The notes beneath the pieces are model-generated. The model saw nothing but the letters and a program-made list of their open reading frames with translations, was not told the origin of the DNA and did not search any database. Made by a program: the position numbers and the translations under genes. This document shows positions 48,068 through 57,548 of a DNA stretch of 64,000 bases, in pieces. The stretch lies in the NCBI GenBank assembly GCA_000993205.1, contig LBVU01000004.1:27338-91337 (forward strand), written 5' to 3'. Each line of letters starts with the position of its first letter. Position 1 is the first letter of the stretch. Source of the stretch: Candidatus Woesebacteria bacterium GW2011_GWB1_39_10 (GTDB taxonomy: Bacteria; Patescibacteriota; Microgenomatia; UBA8517).

Positions 48068-51000
48068 TTTGAAGCTTTAGAAACCTTAAATTTGCCTACA
48101 GTTAATCTTTTTATTTGTGCTTTATTTGTCATCCATTGAACAAGTTTTTTATCCAATGGAATTCTTTCCAACTTTACATCAACTTGTTGAGTAAGATTTA
48201 ACCCCAATCGTTTTCTTTCCTCTTGAATTTTGCGCACCAAATCACGTACCCTGGCCTCTTCTGAAAGTTCCAGTGTAATCTTTAAATCATATTCATCCTT
48301 CGTTGCATTCCAAAATAACTTTTTTACATTAATCTCATCCCTAATCAAATACTCAAGGTTTTTAGGTACTGGTTTTGAGGTCGTTGAATAGGAGTTTAGG
48401 GGTTGCTTAACTCCGATTTCTTTTTCCTTTCTAATGGAATGGGCTCTTTCTACAATCTCGCGGGCTATTTTCATTTCCTCCAATAGTTTGTGATTTGTTT
48501 TTTGAGATTTGAGATTTACATCCGGCCAGTCACTTAAATGCACTGACTCTTCTTTGGATAAATTCGTAAAAAGTGTTTCTGATATAAATGGCATGAAAGG
48601 GGCAAGAAGACGGGATAAAGTATGTAGTATATAGTATGTAGTCCGGTAAAAAGCATTCCTATCATTCTCGGACTCTGCGGCAGGGCCTACTCTACCCCTG
48701 GACCTTCTAATATACCAAAGGCTTAAGTCGTCAACAAACTTTTCAATTTCATTCGCCCCCGCATAAGCATCATATTTTTCAAGGCTATCCGTAACCAACT
48801 GCACAGCTTGGTTAAGTCTTGCTAAAATCCATTTGTCCAAAACGTTAGTACTATGTACTATGTACTTTGTACTCTGTACTGGACGCCATGCGTCCAGGTT
48901 CGCATAAGTTACAAAAAAATTGTAAACATTCCAAATTTTTAGATGAAATCTTCTTCTAATTTCATCGGCAATTCTATATCCAAACAGTAAATTTTCCCCT
49001 GGGTTCTGACGCGCAAACATCCATCTCATTACGTCGACTCCTATCTTGTCAGCGCCTTGAGTAAATTCGATCATGTTCCCTGAACTTTTGTGCATAGCAT
49101 TCCCCTTTTCATCAAATAGTGTGGCATACCCAAGAACTGTCTTAAAAGGTTCCGTGTCTTCCATAACCGTACTCATTGCAATAAGAGAATAAAACCAATT
49201 CTTAAATTGTCCGGGGAAACTTTCGGTAATGAAATCTGCAGGGAACCATTTTTCCCATTTGGTTTTATCTGTAAGATACAAAGGTTTGGTTTTGGTCACC
49301 TCAAAGTTTGCGGCTTTGTTGTTTTCGCTGATTGTTGAATATGGAATTATCCCTGCATCCAACCAAGGGTTACCAACAGGCTCAATTCTGCTCATAACAC
49401 TTCCGCATTTGGTGCACTTGATTTTAACTTCATCTATCTGAGGTTTGTGAGGAGTCCTGCCATCAAATTTTTTCCACCCGACAGTGGCGAGCTTTTTTAG
49501 CTCCTCTTTTGAACCAATCACGTCAAAGCTTCCGCATTTTTTGCATTCCCAAATAGGAAGGGCCAAACCCCAATACCTGTTTTTCTTGCTTATAAGCCAA
49601 TCGTGCATATTGGACAGCCAATCCATCTCACGGTCAAATCCAAATCCCTGAATCCAGTTAATCTTACTCGTGACATCTTTCATCCGTTCTCTAAGTGTCC
49701 TTGTGTCAAGGGCTTTTTGTTCTTCGTCTTCGTCGCCACATTTCTCCGCTTTTAACTTCGATGGAGAATCCATCGAAATGTACCACTCATCAGTTACCTT
49801 CCAAACGAGTTCAGTTTTACATCTCCAACAGGCAGGGTATCTATGAGTATATTTTTCAATTTTGTAGAAAAAATGATTTTCTTCCGCATCCTTTCTTCGT
49901 AAAAAGTCTAAAATTATTTCCGGATGCTTTTTGGCATTCAGTCCGGAAAATTCTCCCAGTCCTGCCACATATGACGCATCATCGTTGATCACAGGAATCA
50001 TCGGAAGACCGAGTTTTTTACCGAGTTTAAAATCCTCACTTCCCGCAGAAACCGCAGTGTGCACAAGACCGGTTCCTTCATCAACCGTGATCGGTAGAAT
50101 TAAACTATCTGTGGCAACAACATTATGGAATTTGGCATCGTTTTTTGACGAAGCCGCAACTACTCCGGGCAAATTGTCAAAAGCGCCTTTGTATCTTAGA
50201 CCTACAAGTTTCCCGCCTTTGATGGTCTTAATAACTTTATGATTCTCGCCAGCAAGTACCCGGGGAACCGCATCCTTTGCCAACCAATATTTTCTTTTCT
50301 TAACCTCAACAAGTGAATACTCCAGTTTTTCATCAACCGCTATGGCGATATTGGCAGGAATCGTCCAAGGAGTTGTTGTCCAAACCATAAAATACTCATC
50401 GATAACCCCAACCACAGGAAACGCCAAATATACAGATTCATGAGTAATTTCTTTGTAATCCTCAGTAAGCATTTCGTGCTGGGAAATTGCTGTTTCACAT
50501 CTCGGACACCAGGGAACAGAATCATTCCCTTTGTAAATCCAGCCGTTGTCATGGCACTTCTTCAAAAAACCCCAAATCATATAATTGTTGTCGTCGCTTA
50601 AAGTGTAATAGGAGTTGTCCCAATCCATAAAATAACCCAGACGTTTGCTTTGCTCTGTTTGAATTGACGAGTATTTTTTTACCCTGTCTCGGCAAAGCTG
50701 GACAAATTTGGCGACGCCAAAAGTTTCTATGTCTTTTTTACTCTTAAACCCAAGTTCCTTTTCAACCTCTACCTCAACCCAAAGACCCTGACAATCAAAG
50801 CCGTTTTGAAAACGTTGATTAAATCCTTGCATATTTTTATATCTACGCCACAGGTCCTTGTAGGTACGGCCCCAAGCGTGATGAACGCCCATAGGATTAT
50901 TGGCCGTAATTGGTCCATCAAGAAAAGAAAAGTATTTTTTAGAGTTTGAGTTTTTTTGAAGATATTTCTTTACTATTCCATTTTTAGTCCAAGTTCCAAG

Positions 51001-51072
51001 AAGCCTCTTTTCCATTTTAGGAAAATCGACCGCGAGATCTACAGGCTCAAAATAGGGTTTTTTGGAAGCCAT
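48064..51072 (-). CDS. ileS: Isoleucyl-tRNA synthetase (type 2)
   Basis: 1002 aa. HIGH-region MGVHHAWGRT, CP1 editing domain, KMSKS-region HKSSGN, C-terminal Zn ribbon CxxC pairs. Contains three in-frame heptamer tandem tracts. Confidence 0.9.
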   Translation of the reverse strand: MASKKPYFEPVDLAVDFPKMEKRLLGTWTKNGIVKKYLQKNSNSKKYFSFLDGPITANNPMGVHHAWGRTYKDLWRRYKNMQGFNQRFQNGFDCQGLWVEVEVEKELGFKSKKDIETFGVAKFVQLCRDRVKKYSSIQTEQSKRLGYFMDWDNSYYTLSDDNNYMIWGFLKKCHDNGWIYKGNDSVPWCPRCETAISQHEMLTEDYKEITHESVYLAFPVVGVIDEYFMVWTTTPWTIPANIAIAVDEKLEYSLVEVKKRKYWLAKDAVPRVLAGENHKVIKTIKGGKLVGLRYKGAFDNLPGVVAASSKNDAKFHNVVATDSLILPITVDEGTGLVHTAVSAGSEDFKLGKKLGLPMIPVINDDASYVAGLGEFSGLNAKKHPEIILDFLRRKDAEENHFFYKIEKYTHRYPACWRCKTELVWKVTDEWYISMDSPSKLKAEKCGDEDEEQKALDTRTLRERMKDVTSKINWIQGFGFDREMDWLSNMHDWLISKKNRYWGLALPIWECKKCGSFDVIGSKEELKKLATVGWKKFDGRTPHKPQIDEVKIKCTKCGSVMSRIEPVGNPWLDAGIIPYSTISENNKAANFEVTKTKPLYLTDKTKWEKWFPADFITESFPGQFKNWFYSLIAMSTVMEDTEPFKTVLGYATLFDEKGNAMHKSSGNMIEFTQGADKIGVDVMRWMFARQNPGENLLFGYRIADEIRRRFHLKIWNVYNFFVTYANLDAWRPVQSTKYIVHSTNVLDKWILARLNQAVQLVTDSLEKYDAYAGANEIEKFVDDLSLWYIRRSRGRVGPAAESENDRNAFYRTTYYILHTLSRLLAPFMPFISETLFTNLSKEESVHLSDWPDVNLKSQKTNHKLLEEMKIAREIVERAHSIRKEKEIGVKQPLNSYSTTSKPVPKNLEYLIRDEINVKKLFWNATKDEYDLKITLELSEEARVRDLVRKIQEERKRLGLNLTQQVDVKLERIPLDKKLVQWMTNKAQIKRLTVGKFKVSKASK
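48847..48880. repeat. (TGTACTN)x5 heptamer tandem inside ileS (encodes QSTKYIVHSTN). Further tracts at 48491-48518 and 48619-48642
   Basis: gtactatgtactatgtactttgtactctgtactg read directly. Confidence 0.75.
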
Positions 51073-51124
51073 ATGAAGCTATTATAAACTAGACCTGTCT
51101 AAAAGGAAATGTCGTATATTTTGG

Positions 51125-51583
51125 CTAATGTGTGGAGGACCTCTGAACTGCTATTTCCAGTCTATCGATACCATACTTTTCAAATTCCTTCTCATATTTT
51201 TCATAAATCTTGTGAACCCTTTCAGGAAGACAGAAATTCTTTTTGAGCCCTTCTTTTTCCTCCTTAGTTATACTTTTAAAAAAGTCTCTTTTTCCCATTC
51301 TTGTTTGCAATTCTTCCCAAAAGACATCTTCATGAAAAATTTCCATAATCTTATCTTCTTCCTTCCCCAAGGAGTTGGAAACTATTAATTCACCTTTAAA
51401 TTTTTCAAAAAGATCCTCATATCCGAGCTTTTCAGAAAGCTCCAGGAAATATTTTAGTAGTTTTTCGTGCCTGCTTGGGCTTTTGTACTCTTCCCCATTA
51501 TATTCGTCGACTGCTTCACGAACCCAACTGCCAACAATCAAAGTTAATATCAGTTCTTTGAGTTCACCTTTCGTAAATTTCAT
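51125..51583 (-). CDS. Hypothetical acidic helical protein, last gene of the R-M-like operon
   Basis: 152 aa with no recognisable motif. Start overlaps the specificity-subunit stop by 1 nt. Confidence 0.4.
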   Translation of the reverse strand: MKFTKGELKELILTLIVGSWVREAVDEYNGEEYKSPSRHEKLLKYFLELSEKLGYEDLFEKFKGELIVSNSLGKEEDKIMEIFHEDVFWEELQTRMGKRDFFKSITKEEKEGLKKNFCLPERVHKIYEKYEKEFEKYGIDRLEIAVQRSSTH

Positions 51584-52977
51584 TAATTTTCGTCTCCTTT
51601 TTCAATCATCTGCTCGACTTTTCTTTTCGCTTCTTCAAGCAATTCTTTGGATTTTTTGCGTGCTTCATGAGATTTTTTAACCAAGTCTGCAATTTTTTGT
51701 TGAGTTTCCTTTGGTAAAATTGGAATTAATATATTCTTTATTTGTTCGGGCTTCCAGTGAACGATAATAGACCCACCAGCATCCCTTTCTGCCTGCATCT
51801 GCCCTACCAGAGAGCTGATACAAAGGGATAAATACTCAGGTTCAATATCACCTTTTAACCTAAGCCTTAAAATCCCCCCAGAAATTATTCCTTCAATCGG
51901 TTCTTTTACAACATAAGAAATTCCCGGGGTAGCATCTTTCGTTAGTAAAATTTCTCCAACTTTTGGTTCATAATCTGATCTTAATTTTTGATAAAGCTCG
52001 TCTGATAAATACTTTTGATCTTTTGCTTCAATTCCAAATTTAGTTAAACTACTGACGCGAATAAATAGTTTTCCTACTTCTTGATATGCTTCGCTACCTG
52101 GCTCAAGACCTTTTTTAAATGTAATTAATTCTCCTAAGAGTTTGGCGTTGTTAGTTTTTATCTTCTCTAAGATTATTTGATATTTTGGCTGGAAGTAATC
52201 AGCATCAACTCTATCAACGTTTCCTGTATCGGAATAATTAACAATGTAACTAAGATCTTCCAGAATTTTATGATCTTTTAATCCCAATTCATCCAAAAGT
52301 AAATTTTCTGCTTGTTGATAAAATTCTTCAGACTGATCGAGTTGAGATTTAGATTTAAGAAAATAATGCTTCACTTTGTCGTTTGTTTCATTGTCTGGTA
52401 TAGGAATAAGTAGGTCTCTCAAACTGTCTTTAATAATGGTTGGTTGGCCAGAACCTTGGAGATGTCTTAAAATTAATTTTCTTCCAACGTTTGAGTTAAT
52501 AAAAGTAACAATAAATTCATTTAAGCTAGAACTTTTAAGTTTGATTAAGAAAATGTTGTCTGCGAGCGTCGCTTTATCTTTAACACTTGGCATAATATAA
52601 GCTTTTCCAAGGTATTCTCCAGTTTTTGAAATCAACACCTCACCTCCTTGAAGTTTGCTCTTTTTTAAAAATTCGTATGTGGCCTTATCTACATACCTAA
52701 TATTTTCGTTAAAATTATTATTATCTAAGTTTTGAATTCTTATCCATTTTGCGAAGTTAATACCGTCAGTCACATTAACATTTTGTTTCAATCTCGCGAA
52801 ACTGCCGTTAGACGTATAATCCGTAAGTATTTCAATTAAATCTCCGAATTCTTCATGTGGTATCGACTTTATTGCCAAATTTAAACTTAAACATTCCGGA
52901 TCGTAGTAATCTGCGTCGATTCGGTTGACACCCTCAAGTTGAGATTTTTGGATTATTGAAAAAGTCATTTTTAGCAA
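51583..52977 (-). CDS. hsdS: Restriction-modification specificity subunit (HsdS-like, two target-recognition domains)
   Basis: 464 aa. Duplicated R(I/V)DADY(Y/F).P-led TRDs separated by a conserved helical spacer, C-terminal coiled coil QQKIADLVKKSHEARKKSKELLEEAKRKVEQMI. Confidence 0.75.
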   Translation of the reverse strand: MLKMTFSIIQKSQLEGVNRIDADYYDPECLSLNLAIKSIPHEEFGDLIEILTDYTSNGSFARLKQNVNVTDGINFAKWIRIQNLDNNNFNENIRYVDKATYEFLKKSKLQGGEVLISKTGEYLGKAYIMPSVKDKATLADNIFLIKLKSSSLNEFIVTFINSNVGRKLILRHLQGSGQPTIIKDSLRDLLIPIPDNETNDKVKHYFLKSKSQLDQSEEFYQQAENLLLDELGLKDHKILEDLSYIVNYSDTGNVDRVDADYFQPKYQIILEKIKTNNAKLLGELITFKKGLEPGSEAYQEVGKLFIRVSSLTKFGIEAKDQKYLSDELYQKLRSDYEPKVGEILLTKDATPGISYVVKEPIEGIISGGILRLRLKGDIEPEYLSLCISSLVGQMQAERDAGGSIIVHWKPEQIKNILIPILPKETQQKIADLVKKSHEARKKSKELLEEAKRKVEQMIEKGDEN

Positions 52978-53687
52978 CTAACAGCTTTGCTTGTTAAAGT
53001 AAAATCCTTAATATCCAATGATTGATTATTTAATGTAAAGTCCTTATAAAATCTCTGGGAAGAAGTCTGAACTTCTACGTTTACTTTGTATTTTCCTCTT
53101 TGTAGGGCAAATTGTGGATGTTTAAAATCGTAGGCATAACTCCAATCATTAAAACCATAACAAGGATTCTCATTATGAAACTTAACTGCTACGGCCATTT
53201 TGCCTTCTTGTAATTCATCCAAACTTTTTGATGGCGATACGGAGGCAATAACCCCTTCAGGGAACTTCGAGATATCAATTTTCCTGTCTGAGGTAATTGG
53301 CTCCCCCTTGCTTGACCACCTGCCAAAAAAACTGCACAAAGTATTCCCATCTGTATTTAAAATCTTTAATTTTACTTTACAATATTCTGCCGATCTCCTA
53401 CGAAAAATAAAAAACCAACTTGGGTTGTCTAAATTTATAATATTTATATGTACGAACTTAAGAGTTCCATTTGGTGATTCGTCTTCTGAACCTAAACATA
53501 TTTTTATATTTGGTTTAGTAAAATAGTCATTAAAATAGATTCCGAGAAAAGAAAGTAAGAACCCGATATATACAGAAAAATAATCTACAGGTTTTGTGGA
53601 AACACTAATAGTCAAAAAGGCAAACACAACAATCAATGTAACCCAAAATAAATATTTTAAATTATCAAAAAAGTTGTTCATTTCCAA
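52971..53687 (-). CDS. Hypothetical two-TM membrane protein with a beta-rich extracytoplasmic domain, embedded between the methylase and specificity genes
   Basis: 238 aa. N-terminal helices LFWVTLIVVFAFLTISV and VYIGFLLSFLGIYF. Overlaps both neighbours (10 and 7 nt). Confidence 0.45.
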   Translation of the reverse strand: MEMNNFFDNLKYLFWVTLIVVFAFLTISVSTKPVDYFSVYIGFLLSFLGIYFNDYFTKPNIKICLGSEDESPNGTLKFVHINIINLDNPSWFFIFRRRSAEYCKVKLKILNTDGNTLCSFFGRWSSKGEPITSDRKIDISKFPEGVIASVSPSKSLDELQEGKMAVAVKFHNENPCYGFNDWSYAYDFKHPQFALQRGKYKVNVEVQTSSQRFYKDFTLNNQSLDIKDFTLTSKAVSC

Positions 53688-55654
53688 AACCCAAATCCTT
53701 CATTTTTGGCAAACTCAATAAACTTATCTGCGATTTCATCAAGATCGTGATCAACCGCTGGATCGCCTTTTGGATTTGTGACAATTTGACCTTCTTCATC
53801 TTTTTTGTAAACATAATCACCACTATTATCCTTACCACTCTTTTTGGAAACTGCCATAAATATTGGATAATCTTTTGGTACTTCTTGTTTTTCCTCCCAT
53901 TTTTGCAAGAATAATACAGAAGTCTTTGTTCCCGTGTGAGGTTTAAAAGTGTTAACATTAAGCCCAACCACCGCCAAAATTCTTGCTTTATCAAAAAGCC
54001 AACTCCTAATATAACTCATATTTGTGTTATTCAAGACCCCCTGGGGAAGAACTATTGCTAAGCGACCTCCGGGTTTAACCAAATTTAAAGCCCTCTCAAT
54101 AAATAGGATGTGGCGTTCGGATCTATCTTTTAATTTACCTTTATCATTTTTTGCAAGCTCGTACTCGTTAAGAAGCTGTCTCTCACGAATTTCACCCGCG
54201 AATGGGGGGTTTGTTAGAACAACATCAAAATCAAAGAACTTAAAATTGTCTTGATTATTTCTGTCTTTGTCATAATCATTAAATTTGTGAAGTCTTTCAA
54301 GTAGCTCCGCCCTCGCTCTCAATTTCTCCGAATCATCACCTTTCCATTCCTGAGGATTGAGCGAATTTAATCTAAAAATATGTGATCTTCCATCGCCGGC
54401 AATTAACATTAAAGCTCTGGAAATTTTTACAGGTTTATCATCAAAATCAATTCCATAAATATGTTTTCTTGCAAAGTCAGATTTTGTCTCGGCTGACTTC
54501 TCCGACATAAAATTATCCCAAATCCATTGCATTGCGTGAATTAAAAACCCACCTGAACCAGATGCGGGATCTATCACATATTCATCTTCTTTTGGGTTTA
54601 ACATTTTGACAGCCATATCAATTACATGGCGTGGGGTAAAATATTGACCTTTCTTACCTTTGGCAACATCGGGGAGTAGATATTCAAAAGCACGGTCAAT
54701 AATTCCTAAATCGGCATCGAGTAGTTTTACTTTTTCTAGTTGCCCTACACAAACTGATAAATGGGATGGAGAAAGTTGAATCTTTTCGCCATCGACAAAC
54801 ATTCCCGGCCATTCTTTTGTGGAACTTTCAAAAAGTCGTTCTATGTTATCGTAGGTAACTTGCGGGTTTGTTGATTGCCTAAATAGGAGTTCGCCTTTCC
54901 TATCTCGTGCGTATTTTTCATCATAAAGTTTCGCATAAATTAACTTAAAAATTTCATTAAACGAGTCAACTCCCGCTCCAGCCAATACGAGTTCTTCCAA
55001 GACTTTAATGATTTTTACTAAATCGTATTGTTTTTCCAGTTGATCCAAAGTCAGTTTTGCATCCTGAACATCTTCTATCGTTTGATCAACTCTAGGGATA
55101 TCACGAAGTGTGTTTTCAAAATTGTGAGGATACGGTCTATAAAGGATGACCCTAACAATACCGTTTGATAAAACTCCAATTGGAGCACCTTCAGCATTAA
55201 GATAACTTTTAATTTGCTCAATTCCGTCTTTTGCTTCGGGACTTTTTACCTCAATTATAATTTGGGGTGTTTCCTTGTCTTCCTTGTAGACGACAATATC
55301 AGCAGCCTTTTCACGAACTTCACGTCCAAAATTAACTTCTTTTTCGACAGCGATCCTGTCTAGTGGATAATTGTAAAATTTGGTAAGTTTAAAAAGCCAA
55401 AGCTGGCGAACAATTTCTTCCGGCTCACCAATTTGTTTTTCTTCATTCCAAATAGATAGATCTATATTTCTTTTGAGACACTTTAAGAAAAACCTACCCT
55501 TTTCTTTCTCAAATATATCGAGAGATTCTGAAGGTTTTATATTTTCAAATTCGGTTAAACCATACTGAACTTCGGGGTTTTTAAAAATTTTATTTATAAT
55601 TTCAGAGTTTAACTTTGTATCCATTTTAGTTTGATTCACTGGCAACCTTACCAA
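53678..55654 (-). CDS. Fusion protein: N-terminal PD-(D/E)xK nuclease domain (HSDR_N-like) + gamma-class N6-adenine DNA methyltransferase (HsdM-like)
   Basis: 658 aa. ADIVVY...IIIEVKSPE (D...EVK nuclease motif) in the first 180 aa; MTase motif I VIDPASGSGGFLIHA and motif IV TNPPFAGE. About 130 aa longer than canonical HsdM. Confidence 0.7.
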   Translation of the reverse strand: MVRLPVNQTKMDTKLNSEIINKIFKNPEVQYGLTEFENIKPSESLDIFEKEKGRFFLKCLKRNIDLSIWNEEKQIGEPEEIVRQLWLFKLTKFYNYPLDRIAVEKEVNFGREVREKAADIVVYKEDKETPQIIIEVKSPEAKDGIEQIKSYLNAEGAPIGVLSNGIVRVILYRPYPHNFENTLRDIPRVDQTIEDVQDAKLTLDQLEKQYDLVKIIKVLEELVLAGAGVDSFNEIFKLIYAKLYDEKYARDRKGELLFRQSTNPQVTYDNIERLFESSTKEWPGMFVDGEKIQLSPSHLSVCVGQLEKVKLLDADLGIIDRAFEYLLPDVAKGKKGQYFTPRHVIDMAVKMLNPKEDEYVIDPASGSGGFLIHAMQWIWDNFMSEKSAETKSDFARKHIYGIDFDDKPVKISRALMLIAGDGRSHIFRLNSLNPQEWKGDDSEKLRARAELLERLHKFNDYDKDRNNQDNFKFFDFDVVLTNPPFAGEIRERQLLNEYELAKNDKGKLKDRSERHILFIERALNLVKPGGRLAIVLPQGVLNNTNMSYIRSWLFDKARILAVVGLNVNTFKPHTGTKTSVLFLQKWEEKQEVPKDYPIFMAVSKKSGKDNSGDYVYKKDEEGQIVTNPKGDPAVDHDLDEIADKFIEFAKNEGFGFWK

Positions 55655-56243
55655 TTACCTTTCCCAAAAGTCTTGTTTCCGGGTATATCGGAATATTCTG
55701 ATATTTTGGATTTTCAGGTTTCAAATATATTCTACCATTTGAATTAATCAAACGCTTAATTGTTGTGCCATCGTTATCACGAGCAAGCACAACATCTCCA
55801 TTTCTAAATTCCTTAGCTTGCTGGATAATAACCTTGTCTCCGTCTTTTATACCCGCATCCGTCATAGAATCCCCTGTAACATCAACAATAAAAACATTTT
55901 GCGCTGTCTTCATGTCTTCAACTTCCTGCCAATCAAGATTTTCAAACGCATCTTTATATGGGCCAGCTGCAGTAAAACCTAAACTTGGGATAAGCGGTCT
56001 TGCCGATAAAATTTCAAATCCTTTATCTAAAATCCTTATGCCACGAGCCGTTCCTTCCTCTCTTTTGATAAAACCTTTTCTTTCCAAAACACTGAGAACA
56101 TCTATTACCGCTTGATTAGAAACCACGTCTAATTCTTCACGCAAATCCGCTAAGGTGGGAGGGTAACCTGAATTTTTAATTGAAGTGTGAATAAATTTTA
56201 AAACCTGTTTTTGCCTTTTTGTTAATTTTTGGACAGAAACCAT
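55626..56243 (-). CDS. lexA: LexA repressor (S24 peptidase)
   Basis: 205 aa. N-terminal winged HTH (LTKRQKQVLKFI...GYPPTLADLREEL), S24 catalytic Ser in VTGDSM and Lys in the GKVIGKV region. Confidence 0.85.
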   Translation of the reverse strand: MVSVQKLTKRQKQVLKFIHTSIKNSGYPPTLADLREELDVVSNQAVIDVLSVLERKGFIKREEGTARGIRILDKGFEILSARPLIPSLGFTAAGPYKDAFENLDWQEVEDMKTAQNVFIVDVTGDSMTDAGIKDGDKVIIQQAKEFRNGDVVLARDNDGTTIKRLINSNGRIYLKPENPKYQNIPIYPETRLLGKVIGKVASESN

Positions 56244-56253
56244 ACTTATTTAT

Positions 56254-56271
56254 ACTGACTATTTAGTCAGT
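56254..56271. promoter_or_regulatory. Palindrome ACTGACTA-TT-TAGTCAGT 10 nt upstream of the lexA start (candidate LexA autoregulatory box)
   Basis: Perfect 8-bp arms read directly. Confidence 0.45.
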
Positions 56272-56285
56272 TGTCAAGCTGTAAT

Positions 56286-57440
56286 TTAGTGGATTTTACG
56301 AAGAAAAGCAGGGATTTCGAATTTCTCACCAAAAACATCATCATCACCCGAATCATCAGAATTTTCCGGCGGTTCGGTATCCCTATTATTTTGATCGTCT
56401 TTTCTGTTTATAACAGGCTCACTTACAACGCCCTGTACGATTGGTTTTTGAACAGGTTTGCTCATTTGGGCTAAACGCGAACGGGTTTCGTCAAAACCTG
56501 TGGCAATTACAGTAATTCTGACTTGATCGTTTAGTCCTTCTTTAATTACTGCTCCAAAAATAACGTTAGCGTCAGGGTCGGCCGAGCTCGATATAATCCT
56601 CGCCGCTTCATCAACCTCAAACATTGTCAAATCATTTCCACCGGCGATATTAAAGAGAACCCCCCGCGCTCCCTCGATAGATAAATCAAGTAATGGCGAA
56701 GAAACAGCCGCACGTGCCGCCATTTGTGCCCTGTTTTCGCCGGCTCCGGTTCCAATACCGAGAAGGGCGCTTCCTGCGTCTTTCATAATTGTCTTGACGT
56801 CCGCAAAGTCTACGTTCACCAGTCCCGCAGTAGTAATAATATCCGCTATACCTCCAACTGCTTGGCCCAAAACCGAATCAACCACTTTAAACGCCTCAAG
56901 GAGGGTCATTTTTCGGTCGATGACATCCATTAAGCGTTGGTTTGGAATAACTATTAGTGTGTCTGTTGACTCCTTAAGTTTTTCAATTCCGTCCTCGGCT
57001 GCAACAGCGCGTCTCGTACCCTCAAACGCAAATGGCTTGGTAACAACTCCTACGGTTAGGGCACCGCTTTCTTTGGCCAGTCTTGCGATAACAGGCGCTG
57101 CCCCAGTACCGGTTCCACCGCCCATTCCCGCCGTTACAAAAACCATATCGCTATCAATTAAAAGTTCTTTTATTTTTTCTACCGACTCTTCCGCTGCTTG
57201 CGCGCCGATTTCCGGATTTCCTCCGACTCCAAGACCTTTTGTAAGTTTTTCTCCAATCTGAAGTTTTGTCGGAGCTTTATTTTGAAGAAGCACTTGCGCA
57301 TCGGTATTTAATGCAATAAATTCAACTCCGCTAATTGTACCCGCATCAATCATTGAAGAAACCGCGTTTCCTCCACCACCACCGACTCCAATTACTTTTA
57401 TTTTAGCGATTCTAGCTGAATCAGGTTTAACAAGTGCCAT
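56286..57440 (-). CDS. ftsZ: Cell division GTPase FtsZ
   Basis: 384 aa. [13 protein letters not shown] tubulin signature. C-terminal EIPAFLRK conserved peptide. Confidence 0.92.
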   Translation of the reverse strand: MALVKPDSARIAKIKVIGVGGGGGNAVSSMIDAGTISGVEFIALNTDAQVLLQNKAPTKLQIGEKLTKGLGVGGNPEIGAQAAEESVEKIKELLIDSDMVFVTAGMGGGTGTGAAPVIARLAKESGALTVGVVTKPFAFEGTRRAVAAEDGIEKLKESTDTLIVIPNQRLMDVIDRKMTLLEAFKVVDSVLGQAVGGIADIITTAGLVNVDFADVKTIMKDAGSALLGIGTGAGENRAQMAARAAVSSPLLDLSIEGARGVLFNIAGGNDLTMFEVDEAARIISSSADPDANVIFGAVIKEGLNDQVRITVIATGFDETRSRLAQMSKPVQKPIVQGVVSEPVINRKDDQNNRDTEPPENSDDSGDDDVFGEKFEIPAFLRKIH

Positions 57441-57447
57441 AGTATAC

Positions 57448-57500
57448 GGCCATGATTCTACATGGCCGAATTACAAATTACAAATATCAAATTTCAAAAT
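57448..57500. promoter_or_regulatory. ftsZ upstream region: palindrome GGCCATGATTCTACATGGCC (related to the trpR-flanking palindromes) followed by an (AATTACA/AATATCA/AATTTCA) heptamer array
   Basis: Read directly between the ftsA stop and the ftsZ start. Confidence 0.45.
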
Positions 57501-57548
57501 GAGGCAGTATTACCTAATATCTCAGTATCCAATCACTCAGTATCTATT

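Noticed and set aside
53665-53994. 109-aa minus-strand ORF
   Set aside because: Alternative frame overlapping the 5' end of the nuclease-methylase gene. K-rich translation without motifs.
56300-56330. GATTTCGAATTTC inside the ftsZ 3' end resembling the heptamer repeat family
   Set aside because: It encodes the conserved FtsZ C-terminal peptide EIPAFLRK found across bacteria, so it is native sequence, not an insertion.
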